This document shows positions 1-10,011 of a stretch of 32,000 nucleotides of DNA, piece after piece; the first letter of the stretch is position 1, and each line of letters begins with the position of its first letter. Made by a program: the position numbers and the translations under genes. The DNA lies in NCBI RefSeq assembly GCF_003367075.2, contig NZ_CP065936.1, positions 3,450,001-3,482,000 of the forward strand. Reading direction: 5' to 3'. Under the pieces are notes generated by a model. It searched no databases. It saw only the letters and a list, made by a program, of their open reading frames with translations, and had not been told where the DNA came from. The stretch is from Cylindrospermopsis raciborskii Cr2010. GTDB lineage: Bacteria > Cyanobacteriota > Cyanobacteriia > Cyanobacteriales > Nostocaceae.

Positions 1-1
1 T

Positions 2-433
2 ATAGATAATTTATTATATACCGCTGATGCTGACTTCTCCTGTTTTGCTGATTTGGCCCTAACCAGTCCCGCAGATTATTATCGCCCCGGACAAGGTTCC
101 CTCATGCAGCTGGTTCTCACACCTGGTGATCCCTTCATTAAACAAAGCAATGAGGCGATCGCTCACCATGTACTCAAGCAAGTTCATGAGTTGTTTCCTT
201 CTTCTAGGGAGTTAAACATGACCTGGTACAGTGTAGTTAAGTTGGCCCAATCTCTCTACAGAGAAGCACCAGGGATGGATCCATACCGTCCGGATCAGAA
301 AACACCTGTGGGCAATTTTTTCCTAGCTGGTAGTTATACGCAACAAGACTATATTGATAGTATGGAGGGGGCGACTATTTCCGGTAAACGAGCAGCTAAG
401 GCAATTTTAGCATCTGGGCAGTCTAAAATTTAA
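2..433 (+). CDS. crtQ: zeta-carotene desaturase, C-terminal part (5' end lies outside the window)
   Basis: Frame 2 is open from base 2 ([27 protein letters not shown]...), so the ORF-track TTG at 53 is not the true start. The tail [27 protein letters not shown] matches the conserved C-terminal FAD-binding motif of plant-type carotene desaturases. Stop TAA at 431-433. Confidence 0.85.
   Translation: MDNLLYTADADFSCFADLALTSPADYYRPGQGSLMQLVLTPGDPFIKQSNEAIAHHVLKQVHELFPSSRELNMTWYSVVKLAQSLYREAPGMDPYRPDQKTPVGNFFLAGSYTQQDYIDSMEGATISGKRAAKAILASGQSKI
155..162. repeat. HIP1 octamer GCGATCGC (first of 14 dispersed copies)
   Basis: Copies counted by eye start at 155, 2551, 8677, 8971, 12511, 13521, 13872, 14004, 15435, 22215, 22454, 23860, 24428 and 27675. 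This highly iterated palindrome is a hallmark of cyanobacteria. Confidence 0.9.
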
Positions 434-464
434 GATGTAAAGTCTCAAACAAAACTCAAATCCC

Positions 465-920
465 ATGGCTGACTGGTTAGAGCATAGTGTACAGATAGAA
501 GTTCCAGTTCCCATAGAACTAGTATGGGAATTGTGGTCTGATTTACAACAAATGCCCAAATGGATGAAATGGATTGATTCGGTGAATATCTCCACCGATG
601 ACCCCACCATCTCCCTTTGGAAACTGAGCACGGGCGGTCTGGAATTCACCTGGAAATCCCGCATCCTCCGAATTACCTCCCAGCAAATTATTCAGTGGGA
701 ATCGGTTGATGGCCTACCAAATCAGGGAGCTATTCGCTTTTATGACCGCCATCAAGAGGGTAGTATTGTCAAGATGACGGTCGCCTACGCTATACCAGGA
801 ATCCTTGGTAAGTTGATGGACAATTTGTTTTTAGGTCGGGTGGTGGAATCAACACTCCAAGCAGACTTAGAAAGATTCAAACAGTATGCCGTTGATTTAC
901 AACCAGACACAACTAGATAA
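465..920 (+). CDS. SRPBCC / polyketide cyclase-dehydrase family protein
   Basis: 151-aa ORF starting 32 nt after crtQ. The N-terminus (HSVQIEVPVPIELVWELWSDLQQMPKWMKWI) is typical of the cyclase/dehydrase (START-like) fold family. Confidence 0.65.
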   Translation: MADWLEHSVQIEVPVPIELVWELWSDLQQMPKWMKWIDSVNISTDDPTISLWKLSTGGLEFTWKSRILRITSQQIIQWESVDGLPNQGAIRFYDRHQEGSIVKMTVAYAIPGILGKLMDNLFLGRVVESTLQADLERFKQYAVDLQPDTTR

Positions 921-949
921 TTGACCATATCCCCTTTGATGGCAAATCG

Positions 950-1660
950 TTATAGAGAAACGGCCAGTTCCTTGACAGGACGTTTGCTATGACGAATATT
1001 TTCAATGGCTTGAGCATAGTCAGGAGCATTAAATACAGCTGAACCTGCTACAATGGCATTAGCTCCAGCTTCTAATACCTGCCAAGTATTATTAGCTTTT
1101 AAACCACCATCAACCTCAATCCAAGGATCCAAACCCTTTTCATCACACATCTGACGCAATTGACGAATTTTGGGCACCACGCTAGGAATAAAACTTTGTC
1201 CACCAAAACCAGGGTTAACACTCATGATCAGCACTAAATCACACAGTTCTAGTACATACTCGATTAGTTGTAAAGGTGTCCCAGGATTGAGCACAACCCC
1301 GGCTTGTTTACCTAGCTCCTTGATTTGTCCTAAAGTCCGATGCAGATGAGGTGAAGCATTATGCTCAGCATGGACGGAAATAATATCCGCACCAGCTTTA
1401 GCAAAGCCTTCTACATATTTTTCTGGTTCCACAATCATCAAGTGGACATCCAGGGGTTTGGTTGTAACTGGACGAATCGCCTCCACAACCAGAGGACCAA
1501 TGGTAATATTGGGAACAAAACGTCCATCCATTACATCAACGTGAATCCAATCTGCTCCTGCTGCATCTACCGCACGAATGTCTTCGCCTAAACGACTAAA
1601 GTTTGCTGATAGGATGGATGGAGCAATAACTATGGGCTTTTGAGATCGGTTTTGAGTCAT
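950..1660 (-). CDS. rpe: ribulose-phosphate 3-epimerase
   Basis: Motifs [21 protein letters not shown] and [14 protein letters not shown] trimmed the ORF-track start (1717) to the ATG at 1660 ([15 protein letters not shown]), which matches normal Rpe length. Confidence 0.9.
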   Translation of the reverse strand: MTQNRSQKPIVIAPSILSANFSRLGEDIRAVDAAGADWIHVDVMDGRFVPNITIGPLVVEAIRPVTTKPLDVHLMIVEPEKYVEGFAKAGADIISVHAEHNASPHLHRTLGQIKELGKQAGVVLNPGTPLQLIEYVLELCDLVLIMSVNPGFGGQSFIPSVVPKIRQLRQMCDEKGLDPWIEVDGGLKANNTWQVLEAGANAIVAGSAVFNAPDYAQAIENIRHSKRPVKELAVSL

Positions 1661-1823
1661 GGCTAGTGGGTTTTTTATCGTCTTCGTCTGTAAGTATGGT
1701 AACAGAATATGGTGCAATTCCTTTCAATTACAAATTGGGAATTTTTTCCTTGGCGAAAAGTAGAACTTCTTCATTCCTACTGTAGTGTGTAAGTGTGAAC
1801 ACGATTATGGGTTATTGAAAGCT

Positions 1824-3413
1824 ATGAAGAAAACTTTGATTGTATGCGTGTTGGGTATTTACTCACTAGGTATACCAGCACTTGCATCTTTCCAATCTAG
1901 CAGTTTTCTGGGAACTAATGGTATTAATGCTCTGATTTTACACCAACCACCCTATAAATTAACCGGTCGTAAAATTGCCCTGGGTCAGGTAGAAATCGGC
2001 CGTCCCGGTTTATTTGGCTTGGATAAAGCCGTATCTAAAAACCGCGCCGTTACCCCAACTGCCGTATTTTCACTGAATGCACCCGCTCAGTCTAATTTTG
2101 GTGTTGATACTCACGCCTACAATGTAGCTGGAGTGATGACTAGTCAAGACAAGTCTCTTCCAGGAGTGGCACCTCAAGCAAGATTATACTCCTCTGCTGT
2201 TGGATTTAGCCGTAACTTAGGTCAATCAGAGGAGTGCTTGTCAGCACAACATGTTGCCCTTCAAAATGGTGGGGATGTACGAGCCATTAATTTTAGTTTT
2301 GGCGAACCCCTTAATCGCGATCCTAGACCAGAACCGGTGTTAGATGGTAAAGCTCTACTAACTTTGTGTGTTGACTGGTCAAGTCGAGTGCATGATGTAA
2401 CCTATGTAATTGCTGGAAATCAGGGTAAAGGAGGAATTTCTATTCCTACGGACAATTTTAACGCCATTAACGTGGCCTTTTCATCAGCAAGGAGAGGAAT
2501 TTTTGATAAACTCCATGTTTCTAATTTAGCAGGAAATAACCAAGAAGTGAGCGATCGCCTATTAGGGAAGGAATTTAACATTGATGGGCGTAGTTCTGTA
2601 GGTTTAGTAGCGCCCGGGACAAATATTCCGTTAATTAACCCGGATGGTAAATTAAATAAATCTACTGGTTCAAGTTTTGCAGCGCCCCAGGTAACGGCTG
2701 CCATAGGTCTGTTACAAGAATTTGCTGATAGACAAATAAGAAAGCAGGCTGTAAATTGGAGAATTGATGCCAGGAGACATCAAGTCATGAAAGCCGTACT
2801 ATTAAACTCAGCGGAGAAAATCCTAGATAATGGTAATGGACTAAGACTGGGAATGACCAGGACATTAGTAGATAAACAAAATAGAGATTGGCTAGTTTCC
2901 CAGGCCTATCAAAATCCGGGAATTCCCTTGGATCCCCAAATGGGTTCAGGTCATTTAAATGTTTTTCGTGCTTACCAACAATTTATGTGGGGACAATGGG
3001 GGCCCGGTAATGAAGTACCAACCATTGGTTGGGATTATCATAGGATTAGTGCCAACTCATCAATAGACTATAGCCTGGGAAAACCCTTAAAAAAAGATAG
3101 TTTTGTAGCTATTACCTTGACCTGGGACAGACTAGTAGAACTAGAGGATACCAACCAAAACCAATTATATGATACGGACGAAACATTTATAGACAAAGGA
3201 ATAAATAACTTAGATATTTACCTCTTAAAAGACGATGAAAAGAACATAAAAATTTCCAATTGCTCTTCCACAAGTCAAATTGACAACGTGGAGCATATTT
3301 TTTGCAGCATCCGTGAAGGTGGTAAGTATAAGGTACGCGTAGATTTTAAAAACCAAGTTAACCGATCAAAACAAGACTACGCCCTAGCTTGGTGGACAGT
3401 TGGAGAAAACTAA
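1824..3413 (+). CDS. secreted subtilisin-like (S8 family) peptidase with a long C-terminal extension
   Basis: Signal-peptide-like N-terminus from the ATG at 1824 ([21 protein letters not shown]). His-box-like [10 protein letters not shown], oxyanion-like IAGNQG, Ser-box [12 protein letters not shown]. About 240 aa follow the Ser box. The GTG at 1785 in the ORF track is a less likely start. Confidence 0.7.
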   Translation: MKKTLIVCVLGIYSLGIPALASFQSSSFLGTNGINALILHQPPYKLTGRKIALGQVEIGRPGLFGLDKAVSKNRAVTPTAVFSLNAPAQSNFGVDTHAYNVAGVMTSQDKSLPGVAPQARLYSSAVGFSRNLGQSEECLSAQHVALQNGGDVRAINFSFGEPLNRDPRPEPVLDGKALLTLCVDWSSRVHDVTYVIAGNQGKGGISIPTDNFNAINVAFSSARRGIFDKLHVSNLAGNNQEVSDRLLGKEFNIDGRSSVGLVAPGTNIPLINPDGKLNKSTGSSFAAPQVTAAIGLLQEFADRQIRKQAVNWRIDARRHQVMKAVLLNSAEKILDNGNGLRLGMTRTLVDKQNRDWLVSQAYQNPGIPLDPQMGSGHLNVFRAYQQFMWGQWGPGNEVPTIGWDYHRISANSSIDYSLGKPLKKDSFVAITLTWDRLVELEDTNQNQLYDTDETFIDKGINNLDIYLLKDDEKNIKISNCSSTSQIDNVEHIFCSIREGGKYKVRVDFKNQVNRSKQDYALAWWTVGEN

Positions 3414-3907
3414 GAAGAAGTCCATGCGGGGTGAGATAGGAGAGAGGCCATAACTCGCACCCCCCGTAGTTGGTTAGATAGGGGTAAATGACCCCTAGGG
3501 GCGGTCAAATCCCAGGTAAACTCATGGGGATAGCGAGTCCATTTTTCACCCTGCTTCCAGCCGATTTTAGGCCATAACCTATCCCAATTTCTACCTACTC
3601 CCAACCAAAGTTCCCGCTGCACAGAAAAACCAAATTTGCCTTGGGAGTGAGCCAACCAAAGACTATTAATAGTTTGCAGATCCTGGATGGGAAAATTTTC
3701 CACTTCAGTGAAATATAACCATTTTCTGCGCACTGCTTGGGTTCCCGCCACTTCACACATTTGTTGAATTGTCAATAGGTCAGCAGCCTGAAAATCTTGC
3801 TTGACGAGCAACTGCGCCAAAGAATCATAACTAATACCACAGGCCGATTTGAGGGGTAGAATTCCTTGGGACTCCATACTTTTAAGGTTTACCGTTGATG
3901 GATTCAT
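3410..3907 (-). CDS. GUN4-domain protein
   Basis: The C-terminal two thirds ([46 protein letters not shown]...[10 protein letters not shown]) match the GUN4 porphyrin-binding domain as I remember it. It is shorter than canonical cyanobacterial Gun4. Confidence 0.7.
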   Translation of the reverse strand: MNPSTVNLKSMESQGILPLKSACGISYDSLAQLLVKQDFQAADLLTIQQMCEVAGTQAVRRKWLYFTEVENFPIQDLQTINSLWLAHSQGKFGFSVQRELWLGVGRNWDRLWPKIGWKQGEKWTRYPHEFTWDLTAPRGHLPLSNQLRGVRVMASLLSHPAWTSS

Positions 3908-3981
3908 GCTATCATGAAATTACCAAAACAAATGGGTTCCTGCGTTAAATTAGCTTCACCTTATTTTGGAATGTGTTAACC

Positions 3982-5406
3982 ATGTACGAAAAAATTACCC
4001 CTCCCCCGACCGGCGAAAAAATCACCTTCCAGAACGGGGAACCCATAGTTCCGGATAATCCCATTGTCCCTTTTATTCGCGGTGATGGAACAGGTATAGA
4101 TATTTGGCCAGCTACGGAGAAAGTGCTAGATGCAGCAGTGGCTAAGGCTTACAATGGCAAAAGAAAGATTAGTTGGTTCAAGGTCTATGCTGGAGATGAA
4201 GCATGCGATTTATATGGAACCTACCAGTACTTACCTCAGGATACTCTTACAGCTATTAAGGAATATGGTATTGCCATTAAAGGTCCACTCACTACCCCCA
4301 TAGGTGGTGGAATTCGTTCGTTGAACGTGGCATTGCGTCAAATATTTGATTTATATGCCTGTGTGCGTCCCTGTCGTTACTATGCGGGAACTCCTTCTCC
4401 CCATAAAAGTCCAGATAAACTAGATGTAATTGTTTATAGGGAAAATACGGAAGATATTTACTTGGGGATAGAATGGAAGCAAGGTAGTGAAATAGGAGAG
4501 CGATTGATCAACATCCTGAACAAAGATCTCATACCAGCGACACCAGAGCATGGCAAAAAACAGATTCCCCTGGATGCGGGAATAGGAATCAAACCGATTA
4601 GTAGGAGTGGTTCCCAAAGACTGGTGAGACGTGCCCTAAAGCATGCTTTACAACTACCCAAAGAAAAACAACAGGTAACCTTGGTGCATAAAGGGAATAT
4701 AATGAAATACACCGAGGGAGCGTTTAGAGATTGGGGTTATGAGTTAGCGACCCAGGAATTTCGCGCAGAGTGTGTTACAGAAAGGGAATCATGGATTTTA
4801 GGCAATAAGGAGAAAAATCCCCAAATTTCCCTGGAAGAAAATGCCAGAATGATTGACCCGGGATTTGACAATTTGACACCAGAGAAAAAAGCACAAATTG
4901 TCAAAGAAGTAGAAACAGTAATCAATTCAATATGGTCTACCCACGGGGATGGACAATGGAAAGATAAAGTCATGGTAAATGATCGGATTGCTGACAGCAT
5001 TTTTCAGCAGATTCAGACACGGCCAGATGAGTATTCTATTTTAGCCACGATGAACTTAAACGGAGATTATTTATCCGATGCTGCTGCGGCCATTGTCGGT
5101 GGTTTAGGAATGGGTCCAGGAGCAAACATTGGAGACTCCTGTGCCATTTTTGAAGCTACCCATGGCACAGCACCAAAACATGCAGGATTAGACAAAATTA
5201 ATCCTGGTTCTGTTATCCTCTCAGGAGTGATGATGCTAGAATACATGGGATGGCAGGAAGCAGCGGATTTAATCAAAAGAGGGCTAGGTGCTTCCATAGC
5301 TGATGGTAAAGTCACTTATGACCTAGCACGGCTAATGGAACCTCCAGTGGAACCACTAAAATGCTCTGAATTTGCTGACACAATTATTCAACAATTCAAC
5401 TGCTGA
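3982..5406 (+). CDS. icd: NADP-dependent isocitrate dehydrogenase
   Basis: Motifs [19 protein letters not shown] and [11 protein letters not shown]. The length of about 475 aa is typical of cyanobacterial IDH. Start set at the ATG at 3982 (MYEKITPP) rather than the GTG at 3973. Confidence 0.92.
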   Translation: MYEKITPPPTGEKITFQNGEPIVPDNPIVPFIRGDGTGIDIWPATEKVLDAAVAKAYNGKRKISWFKVYAGDEACDLYGTYQYLPQDTLTAIKEYGIAIKGPLTTPIGGGIRSLNVALRQIFDLYACVRPCRYYAGTPSPHKSPDKLDVIVYRENTEDIYLGIEWKQGSEIGERLINILNKDLIPATPEHGKKQIPLDAGIGIKPISRSGSQRLVRRALKHALQLPKEKQQVTLVHKGNIMKYTEGAFRDWGYELATQEFRAECVTERESWILGNKEKNPQISLEENARMIDPGFDNLTPEKKAQIVKEVETVINSIWSTHGDGQWKDKVMVNDRIADSIFQQIQTRPDEYSILATMNLNGDYLSDAAAAIVGGLGMGPGANIGDSCAIFEATHGTAPKHAGLDKINPGSVILSGVMMLEYMGWQEAADLIKRGLGASIADGKVTYDLARLMEPPVEPLKCSEFADTIIQQFNC

Positions 5407-5458
5407 TATCATATTGGTATTGGTATGCAAAAATGGGGACAGGAATTGGGGAAACAAA

Positions 5459-6607
5459 ATGAAACGAAGGAATTTTCTATTTAATGTGGGTGGAATTCTG
5501 CTTGGTCAAACACTCATAGGATGTAACGGGAAAAATCAATCAGAATTCCAGGTATTGCTTTTAAAGGATTCTATACCAGGCTATGTGGTCAATCAATTTA
5601 ACAAAAGATTACAATCAGATAAAACACTCCCCCATGTCAAACTAAGTTTCGTACCAAAAAATCAGATATATGATTTGTTTAAACAGTTACAAACTTGGCG
5701 AGAAACAAGAGATAAAAGTCCGGGAGAGAAAAAATCACCCCATTGTGACCTAGTAACCTTGGGAGACTATTGGTTAAAACCAGCTATTGAGCAGAAATTA
5801 ATTCGACCCTTACCAATAAAAAAAAGTAAACAATGGTCATCCTTACAGGAAAAATGGCAGCAGTTGGTGAAACGGGATGATCAGGGTAATTGGGATTCTC
5901 AAGGTAAAGTATGGGGCGCACCTTATCGTTGGGGAAATACGGTGCTTGTATATAATCAGAAACAGTTACAGACCCTTAATTGGCAACCACGAGATTGGAG
6001 TGACTTATGGCGAAGTGATTTGCGCTCTCGAATTTCTTTACCCAATCACCCCAGAGAGGTGATTGGATTGGTTTTAAAGAAACTGGGCAGATCTTACAAC
6101 ACAGTAAATCTACTAGAAATTCCCAACTTAAACATAGAACTGGAGAGTTTAAATCAGCAGGTGAAATTCTATGACTCCACTAACTATCTAGAACCCCTAA
6201 TTACTGGAGACACATGGTTAGCAGTAGGTTGGTCAAATGACATTATCCCTATTTTAAGTCGTTATCCCCAATTGAGAGCAGTTATACCCCAGTCAGGAAC
6301 AGCAATTTGGGCAGATTTATGGGTGCAACCAGCAAATACACTAATGACTGAGGAAACAGATAATTTAATATCACAATGGATTGACTTTTGTTGGCAACCA
6401 GACATTGCTGGACAAATTGTGATGTTGGGTAAAACCAACACCCCTACTTTTATCAATACTTCTAAGGTTCAGGGTATAAGTGATTCCATACAAAACTTAC
6501 TCCTAATTGAGCAGGAATTACTAGAAAAATGCGAGTTCTTAAAACCCTTATCCTTAGAAAGTATAAACCAGTACGAGGAATTGTTTTTAAAAATGAAAAC
6601 TGGCTAA
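5459..6607 (+). CDS. periplasmic solute-binding lipoprotein (PotD / extracellular solute-binding family 1 like), orphan
   Basis: Start trimmed to the ATG at 5459 (MKRRNFLFNVGGILLGQTLIGCNG, signal peptide plus a Cys lipobox-like site). PotD-like segments WGAPYRWGNTVLVYN and GTAIWADLWVQP. No permease or ATPase genes are adjacent. Confidence 0.55.
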   Translation: MKRRNFLFNVGGILLGQTLIGCNGKNQSEFQVLLLKDSIPGYVVNQFNKRLQSDKTLPHVKLSFVPKNQIYDLFKQLQTWRETRDKSPGEKKSPHCDLVTLGDYWLKPAIEQKLIRPLPIKKSKQWSSLQEKWQQLVKRDDQGNWDSQGKVWGAPYRWGNTVLVYNQKQLQTLNWQPRDWSDLWRSDLRSRISLPNHPREVIGLVLKKLGRSYNTVNLLEIPNLNIELESLNQQVKFYDSTNYLEPLITGDTWLAVGWSNDIIPILSRYPQLRAVIPQSGTAIWADLWVQPANTLMTEETDNLISQWIDFCWQPDIAGQIVMLGKTNTPTFINTSKVQGISDSIQNLLLIEQELLEKCEFLKPLSLESINQYEELFLKMKTG

Positions 6608-6647
6608 ACAATCTCTGATGCTAGCCGAATTCTCACCACCCACCTAG

Positions 6648-7547
6648 CTAATTACCTCCCTTAAGACGACTGGTTCTAGTCCGACGGGGAGTAGAACCTT
6701 CTACCTTAGGGCGTGGGGAAGAACTAGAAACCGTGGGTTTTGATTCTGACGTTACTTCTGGGGGATTTTCAGGTATCAAGTCCGTTGCAGATTGGTCTGG
6801 GGACTCAGTTATAATTGTTTGCAGCTCTTCTGTGAAATTGGCAACCTGCTGGAGCTCGGGAACAAATTCCTTTCCTTGGAGTCTTAGACCTAGCTCGAAC
6901 AGCAATTCCGCCATATCATCCTTAGAAACCTTCTCTTGAGTTAATATGGAGGAGTACCTTTCCAACTCCTCAATGGTTTGGGCACGTAGCTCGGTGATTT
7001 CATCCTGCAACTTACTCCGAGTGGCCTGCAAATTTTCCTGCAAGGTCTTCGTCTGCTGTTGAAATGTTTCCTTCACCGTTTCAATGTTACCCCCTAGCCT
7101 TTTGTTCACTAGCTCAATCTGCTGACGAATTTCTAGCTTTTCCTCCTCGTCTTTTGTCTGTATTGATTTAAACCGCTTATCGGCATTTTCCGCTAGTTCG
7201 TCTAATTCAGCTGTTACGGAATCTTGTAGTTCCTGGGTGGCCGTGAGAATGCGCTTGTTAATATTATCTATTTGCTGATTGAGGTTAAATTTCTCCTCCT
7301 CATCCTTAATAATTAGATTGCGAATCTTTTTTTCTAATAGATCAGCAGTAGCGTTTAACTCCACTAAGATTGTTTGACGAGTTTCCTCACCTCGATTGCG
7401 CAATTCATACTGAACCGATGCCAAACCACGTTCCAGCTGTTCTAGACGGTTATTATACTCTCTCAAATGAGGTCCAATTAGTATGTCGCGGATCTGATCT
7501 ATGTTGCCTAAGCGTTCCCTGAGATCGGACTTTGTTAGCTCGTTCAT
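6648..7547 (-). CDS. coiled-coil protein of unknown function with an internal repeat and a basic, disordered C-terminus
   Basis: 299-aa ORF rich in E/K/Q/L with heptad character. There is an internal repeat: KDEEEKFNLNQQIDNINKRI (aa 81-100, nt 7248-7307) versus KDEEEKLEIRQQIELVNKRL (aa 132-151, nt 7095-7154). The tail is S/P/T/R-rich. Confidence 0.7.
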   Translation of the reverse strand: MNELTKSDLRERLGNIDQIRDILIGPHLREYNNRLEQLERGLASVQYELRNRGEETRQTILVELNATADLLEKKIRNLIIKDEEEKFNLNQQIDNINKRILTATQELQDSVTAELDELAENADKRFKSIQTKDEEEKLEIRQQIELVNKRLGGNIETVKETFQQQTKTLQENLQATRSKLQDEITELRAQTIEELERYSSILTQEKVSKDDMAELLFELGLRLQGKEFVPELQQVANFTEELQTIITESPDQSATDLIPENPPEVTSESKPTVSSSSPRPKVEGSTPRRTRTSRLKGGN

Positions 7548-7721
7548 GATCTTTTCCTAGGTTCAAGTAAGGATTGTAACACAAATAGGGTATCACAAGT
7601 GTTCAAAAAATTCATTAAAATTATCCAACAATTATCTTGTGGGTTTAGTCGTTTTTTGATAATTGTGCTAGTATTTGGTGAGTAAGTGAATCGAACGTCA
7701 AAAATTCAACCCAAAACAACT

Positions 7722-7973
7722 ATGCTCAAACGTTCCAGGTTCGAGACCACCCAATCTCAAGTTATGCAGCGCTCAGAGGATTTGATTAACGCCGCATCAA
7801 ATCGTTATAGAATCACTGTGCAGGTGGCTAATCGTGCTAAACGTCGCCGTTATGAAGACTTTGAGAATAACGAAGATAGCATTATGAAACCGGTGCTTAG
7901 AGCAATCATTGAAATGTCTGATGAGTTAACTCAGCCAGAAATTATTGGTGAGTTACCTAGTGATTGGCTGTAA
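7722..7973 (+). CDS. rpoZ: DNA-directed RNA polymerase omega subunit (cyanobacterial type)
   Basis: [48 protein letters not shown] matches the cyanobacterial RpoZ pattern. Start trimmed to the ATG at 7722. Confidence 0.8.
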   Translation: MLKRSRFETTQSQVMQRSEDLINAASNRYRITVQVANRAKRRRYEDFENNEDSIMKPVLRAIIEMSDELTQPEIIGELPSDWL

Positions 7974-7984
7974 TACTACGGAAA

Positions 7985-8350
7985 ATGGAAAAGGTAGTTA
8001 AACGGGGAACTGGTTGGCAAATAGGTTGGAAACCAGACTCTACCCAATTTAATGGTCTGGTAGGAAGTGACGATTGGGCCGTCGAACTAACCCAACTAGA
8101 GCTGGAACATTTTTGCCGTTTACTAACCCAACTAGTGGAGACCATCAGGGTTTTGACATCGGAACTCATGGATGAAGAAAAAATTACCTGTGAAGCTGAA
8201 TCCGATCTAGTGTGGATGGAAGTAGAAGGAGATGCTCATCTGTATAGCATGCGATTTATCCTGACTAATGGAAGATCGGTTCAAGGATACTTGAGTGACC
8301 ATGCTGTCCAAGAGTTAGTCAAGGCCGTGGCAACTCTGAAAGTTTTTTGA
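7985..8350 (+). CDS. conserved cyanobacterial hypothetical protein (DUF1818-like)
   Basis: ORF starts 12 nt after the rpoZ stop. The segment GTGWQIGWKPDSTQFNGLVGSDDWAVELTQLELEHFCRLL resembles DUF1818 from memory. ATG at 7985 preferred over the TTG at 7964. Confidence 0.55.
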   Translation: MEKVVKRGTGWQIGWKPDSTQFNGLVGSDDWAVELTQLELEHFCRLLTQLVETIRVLTSELMDEEKITCEAESDLVWMEVEGDAHLYSMRFILTNGRSVQGYLSDHAVQELVKAVATLKVF

Positions 8351-8376
8351 AAACCCCTTGCTTTTTTTTCTCACCT

Positions 8377-8405
8377 TTGATATATTAAGGAAAGTGATTT
8401 AATTT
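8377..8405 (+). promoter_or_regulatory. candidate sigma70-type promoter for tRNA-Pro
   Basis: TTGATA (8377-8382), a 17-nt spacer, then TAATTT (8400-8405). This would place the transcription start close to the mature tRNA 5' end at 8412. Confidence 0.35.
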
Positions 8406-8411
8406 AGTTAA

Positions 8412-8485
8412 CGGGGCGTAGCGCAGCTTGGTAGCGCGCCACTTTGGGGTAGTGGAGGTCGTGGGTTCGAATCCCGCCGCTCCGA
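8412..8485 (+). tRNA. tRNA-Pro (anticodon GGG)
   Basis: Manual cloverleaf of 74 nt. Acceptor stem CGGGGCG/CGCTCCG with one G-U pair. D arm GCGC-AGCTTGGTA-GCGC. Anticodon arm CCACT-TTGGGGT-AGTGG (anticodon GGG, G37). Variable loop AGGTC. T arm GTGGG-TTCGAAT-CCCGC. Discriminator A. CCA is not encoded. Confidence 0.9.
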
Positions 8486-8496
8486 TTCCAGTTTCT

Positions 8497-9066
8497 TTAA
8501 GAACCCTGGTGATCAGTAAAAACCCCTCCCAATGGTTGGTCCCAAGGATCAATCCAGGGTATTTCTGGTAAGTAGGCAAAATCAAAAACTACCCCTCTAG
8601 TGGGTATGTGGGATATGGTGGGAGAACTCAAAAATCGGTCATAGTAACCACCACCATAACCTAAACGGTATCCTTGGCGATCGCAGGCCACACTGGGAAC
8701 CAGGATGAGGTCAGCTTCCGTCGAGTCTATGGTAGGAGAACAGGGATCTGGTTCAGCAATGCCATAATTGCTGATGGTTAGAATGGTGTCTGGTTGCCAT
8801 AAATGCCAAACAAGAGATTTGCCAACACAGCGGGGGAAACCCCAACGACGTTGGGAATTCATAGACCGACTAAACAGTGAACTCAGATCCGGTTCCTGAC
8901 GAAAACTCAAGTAGGCGAGAATTGTTTTGGCTCGGGTAAATAAAGGTGAGGATTGTATTATACTACAAATGCGATCGCTCTTGAGTTGCCATTCTTGTAA
9001 GGTCATGGATTGACGAGTTGCCAATATTTGGTAACGCAGTTGTTTCTTGCTGACCTTAGTTTGCAT
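8497..9066 (-). CDS. 5-formyltetrahydrofolate cyclo-ligase
   Basis: C-terminal signature DLILVPSVACDRQGYRLGYGGGYYDRFL and N-terminal KKQLRYQILATR. Its start overlaps the fcl stop by 11 nt. Confidence 0.8.
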   Translation of the reverse strand: MQTKVSKKQLRYQILATRQSMTLQEWQLKSDRICSIIQSSPLFTRAKTILAYLSFRQEPDLSSLFSRSMNSQRRWGFPRCVGKSLVWHLWQPDTILTISNYGIAEPDPCSPTIDSTEADLILVPSVACDRQGYRLGYGGGYYDRFLSSPTISHIPTRGVVFDFAYLPEIPWIDPWDQPLGGVFTDHQGS

Positions 9067-10000
9067 TTTGCCTATACCATTGGATGGTATTTTTCAATCC
9101 TTGCTCAAAGGTCACTTGAGCGGTAAAACCAAAAGCCGCCCTAGCTTTTTGAGTATCTAAACAGCGTCTTGGTTGTCCATTGGGTTTATCTGTTTGCCAG
9201 ACTATTTCTCCGTCATATTCCATTAATTGACAAATAAGAGTGATTAAGTCCTTAATAGAGATTTCATAACCCGTACCCAAATTAATGGGAGCAGATTCAT
9301 GATAAAACCGAGTTCCCATAACAATACCTAGTGCTGCATCTGTGGAGTAGAGAAATTCCCGGGTAGGGGAACCATCACCCCAGACCAGAAGTTGTTTTTC
9401 TCCATTAATTTGGGCTTCGTAAACCTTGCGAATCAAAGCGGGAATCACATGAGAACTTTTGGGGTCAAAATTGTCTTCAGGTCCATAGAGATTTACGGGT
9501 AGTAAGTAAATACCATTAAAACCATATTGCTGACGATAGGACTGGAGCTGAACCAAAAGAGCTTTTTTAGCAATCCCGTAGGGAGCATTAGTTTCTTCAG
9601 GATAACCATTCCAAAGATCTTCCTCTTGAAATGGAACGGGGGTAAATTTAGGGTAAGCGCAAATAGTTCCCACACAGACAAACTTTTCCACACCTGCTTG
9701 ATAAGCTGCATGGATCAACTGGGTTCCCATGATTAAGTTGTCATAAAATAACTCAGCTGGTTTTTCTTGATTCAAACCAATTCCCCCCACATGAGCAGCT
9801 AGGTGAATGATAATATCCTGTTGATTAGCTGCGCGCTGACAATTTTCCCAAACTCTTAGATCACAATCACGGGAGCGTGTGACTGTGATTTTTTCTGGAT
9901 TAGCTCCAGCTTGACATAATTGAGCTACTACCTGGCGACCTAGAAAACCCGCTCCACCTGTTACCAGAATACGTTTGCTTTCTAATTCTAATTCATTCAT
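9056..10000 (-). CDS. fcl: GDP-L-fucose synthase (GDP-4-keto-6-deoxy-D-mannose 3,5-epimerase/4-reductase)
   Basis: Rossmann motif ILVTGGAGFLG and catalytic YGIAKK. Size of about 314 aa and position directly downstream of gmd. Confidence 0.9.
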   Translation of the reverse strand: MNELELESKRILVTGGAGFLGRQVVAQLCQAGANPEKITVTRSRDCDLRVWENCQRAANQQDIIIHLAAHVGGIGLNQEKPAELFYDNLIMGTQLIHAAYQAGVEKFVCVGTICAYPKFTPVPFQEEDLWNGYPEETNAPYGIAKKALLVQLQSYRQQYGFNGIYLLPVNLYGPEDNFDPKSSHVIPALIRKVYEAQINGEKQLLVWGDGSPTREFLYSTDAALGIVMGTRFYHESAPINLGTGYEISIKDLITLICQLMEYDGEIVWQTDKPNGQPRRCLDTQKARAAFGFTAQVTFEQGLKNTIQWYRQNAN

Positions 10001-10011
10001 CTTTCCACCCC

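Noticed and set aside
3908-3981. NtcA binding sites (GTA-N8-TAC) upstream of icd, and also upstream of devB-like (26890-27062).
   Set aside because: I scanned both intergenic regions by eye and found no exact GTA-N8-TAC. Only off-spacing variants such as GTA-N4-TAC and GTA-N12-TAC were present.
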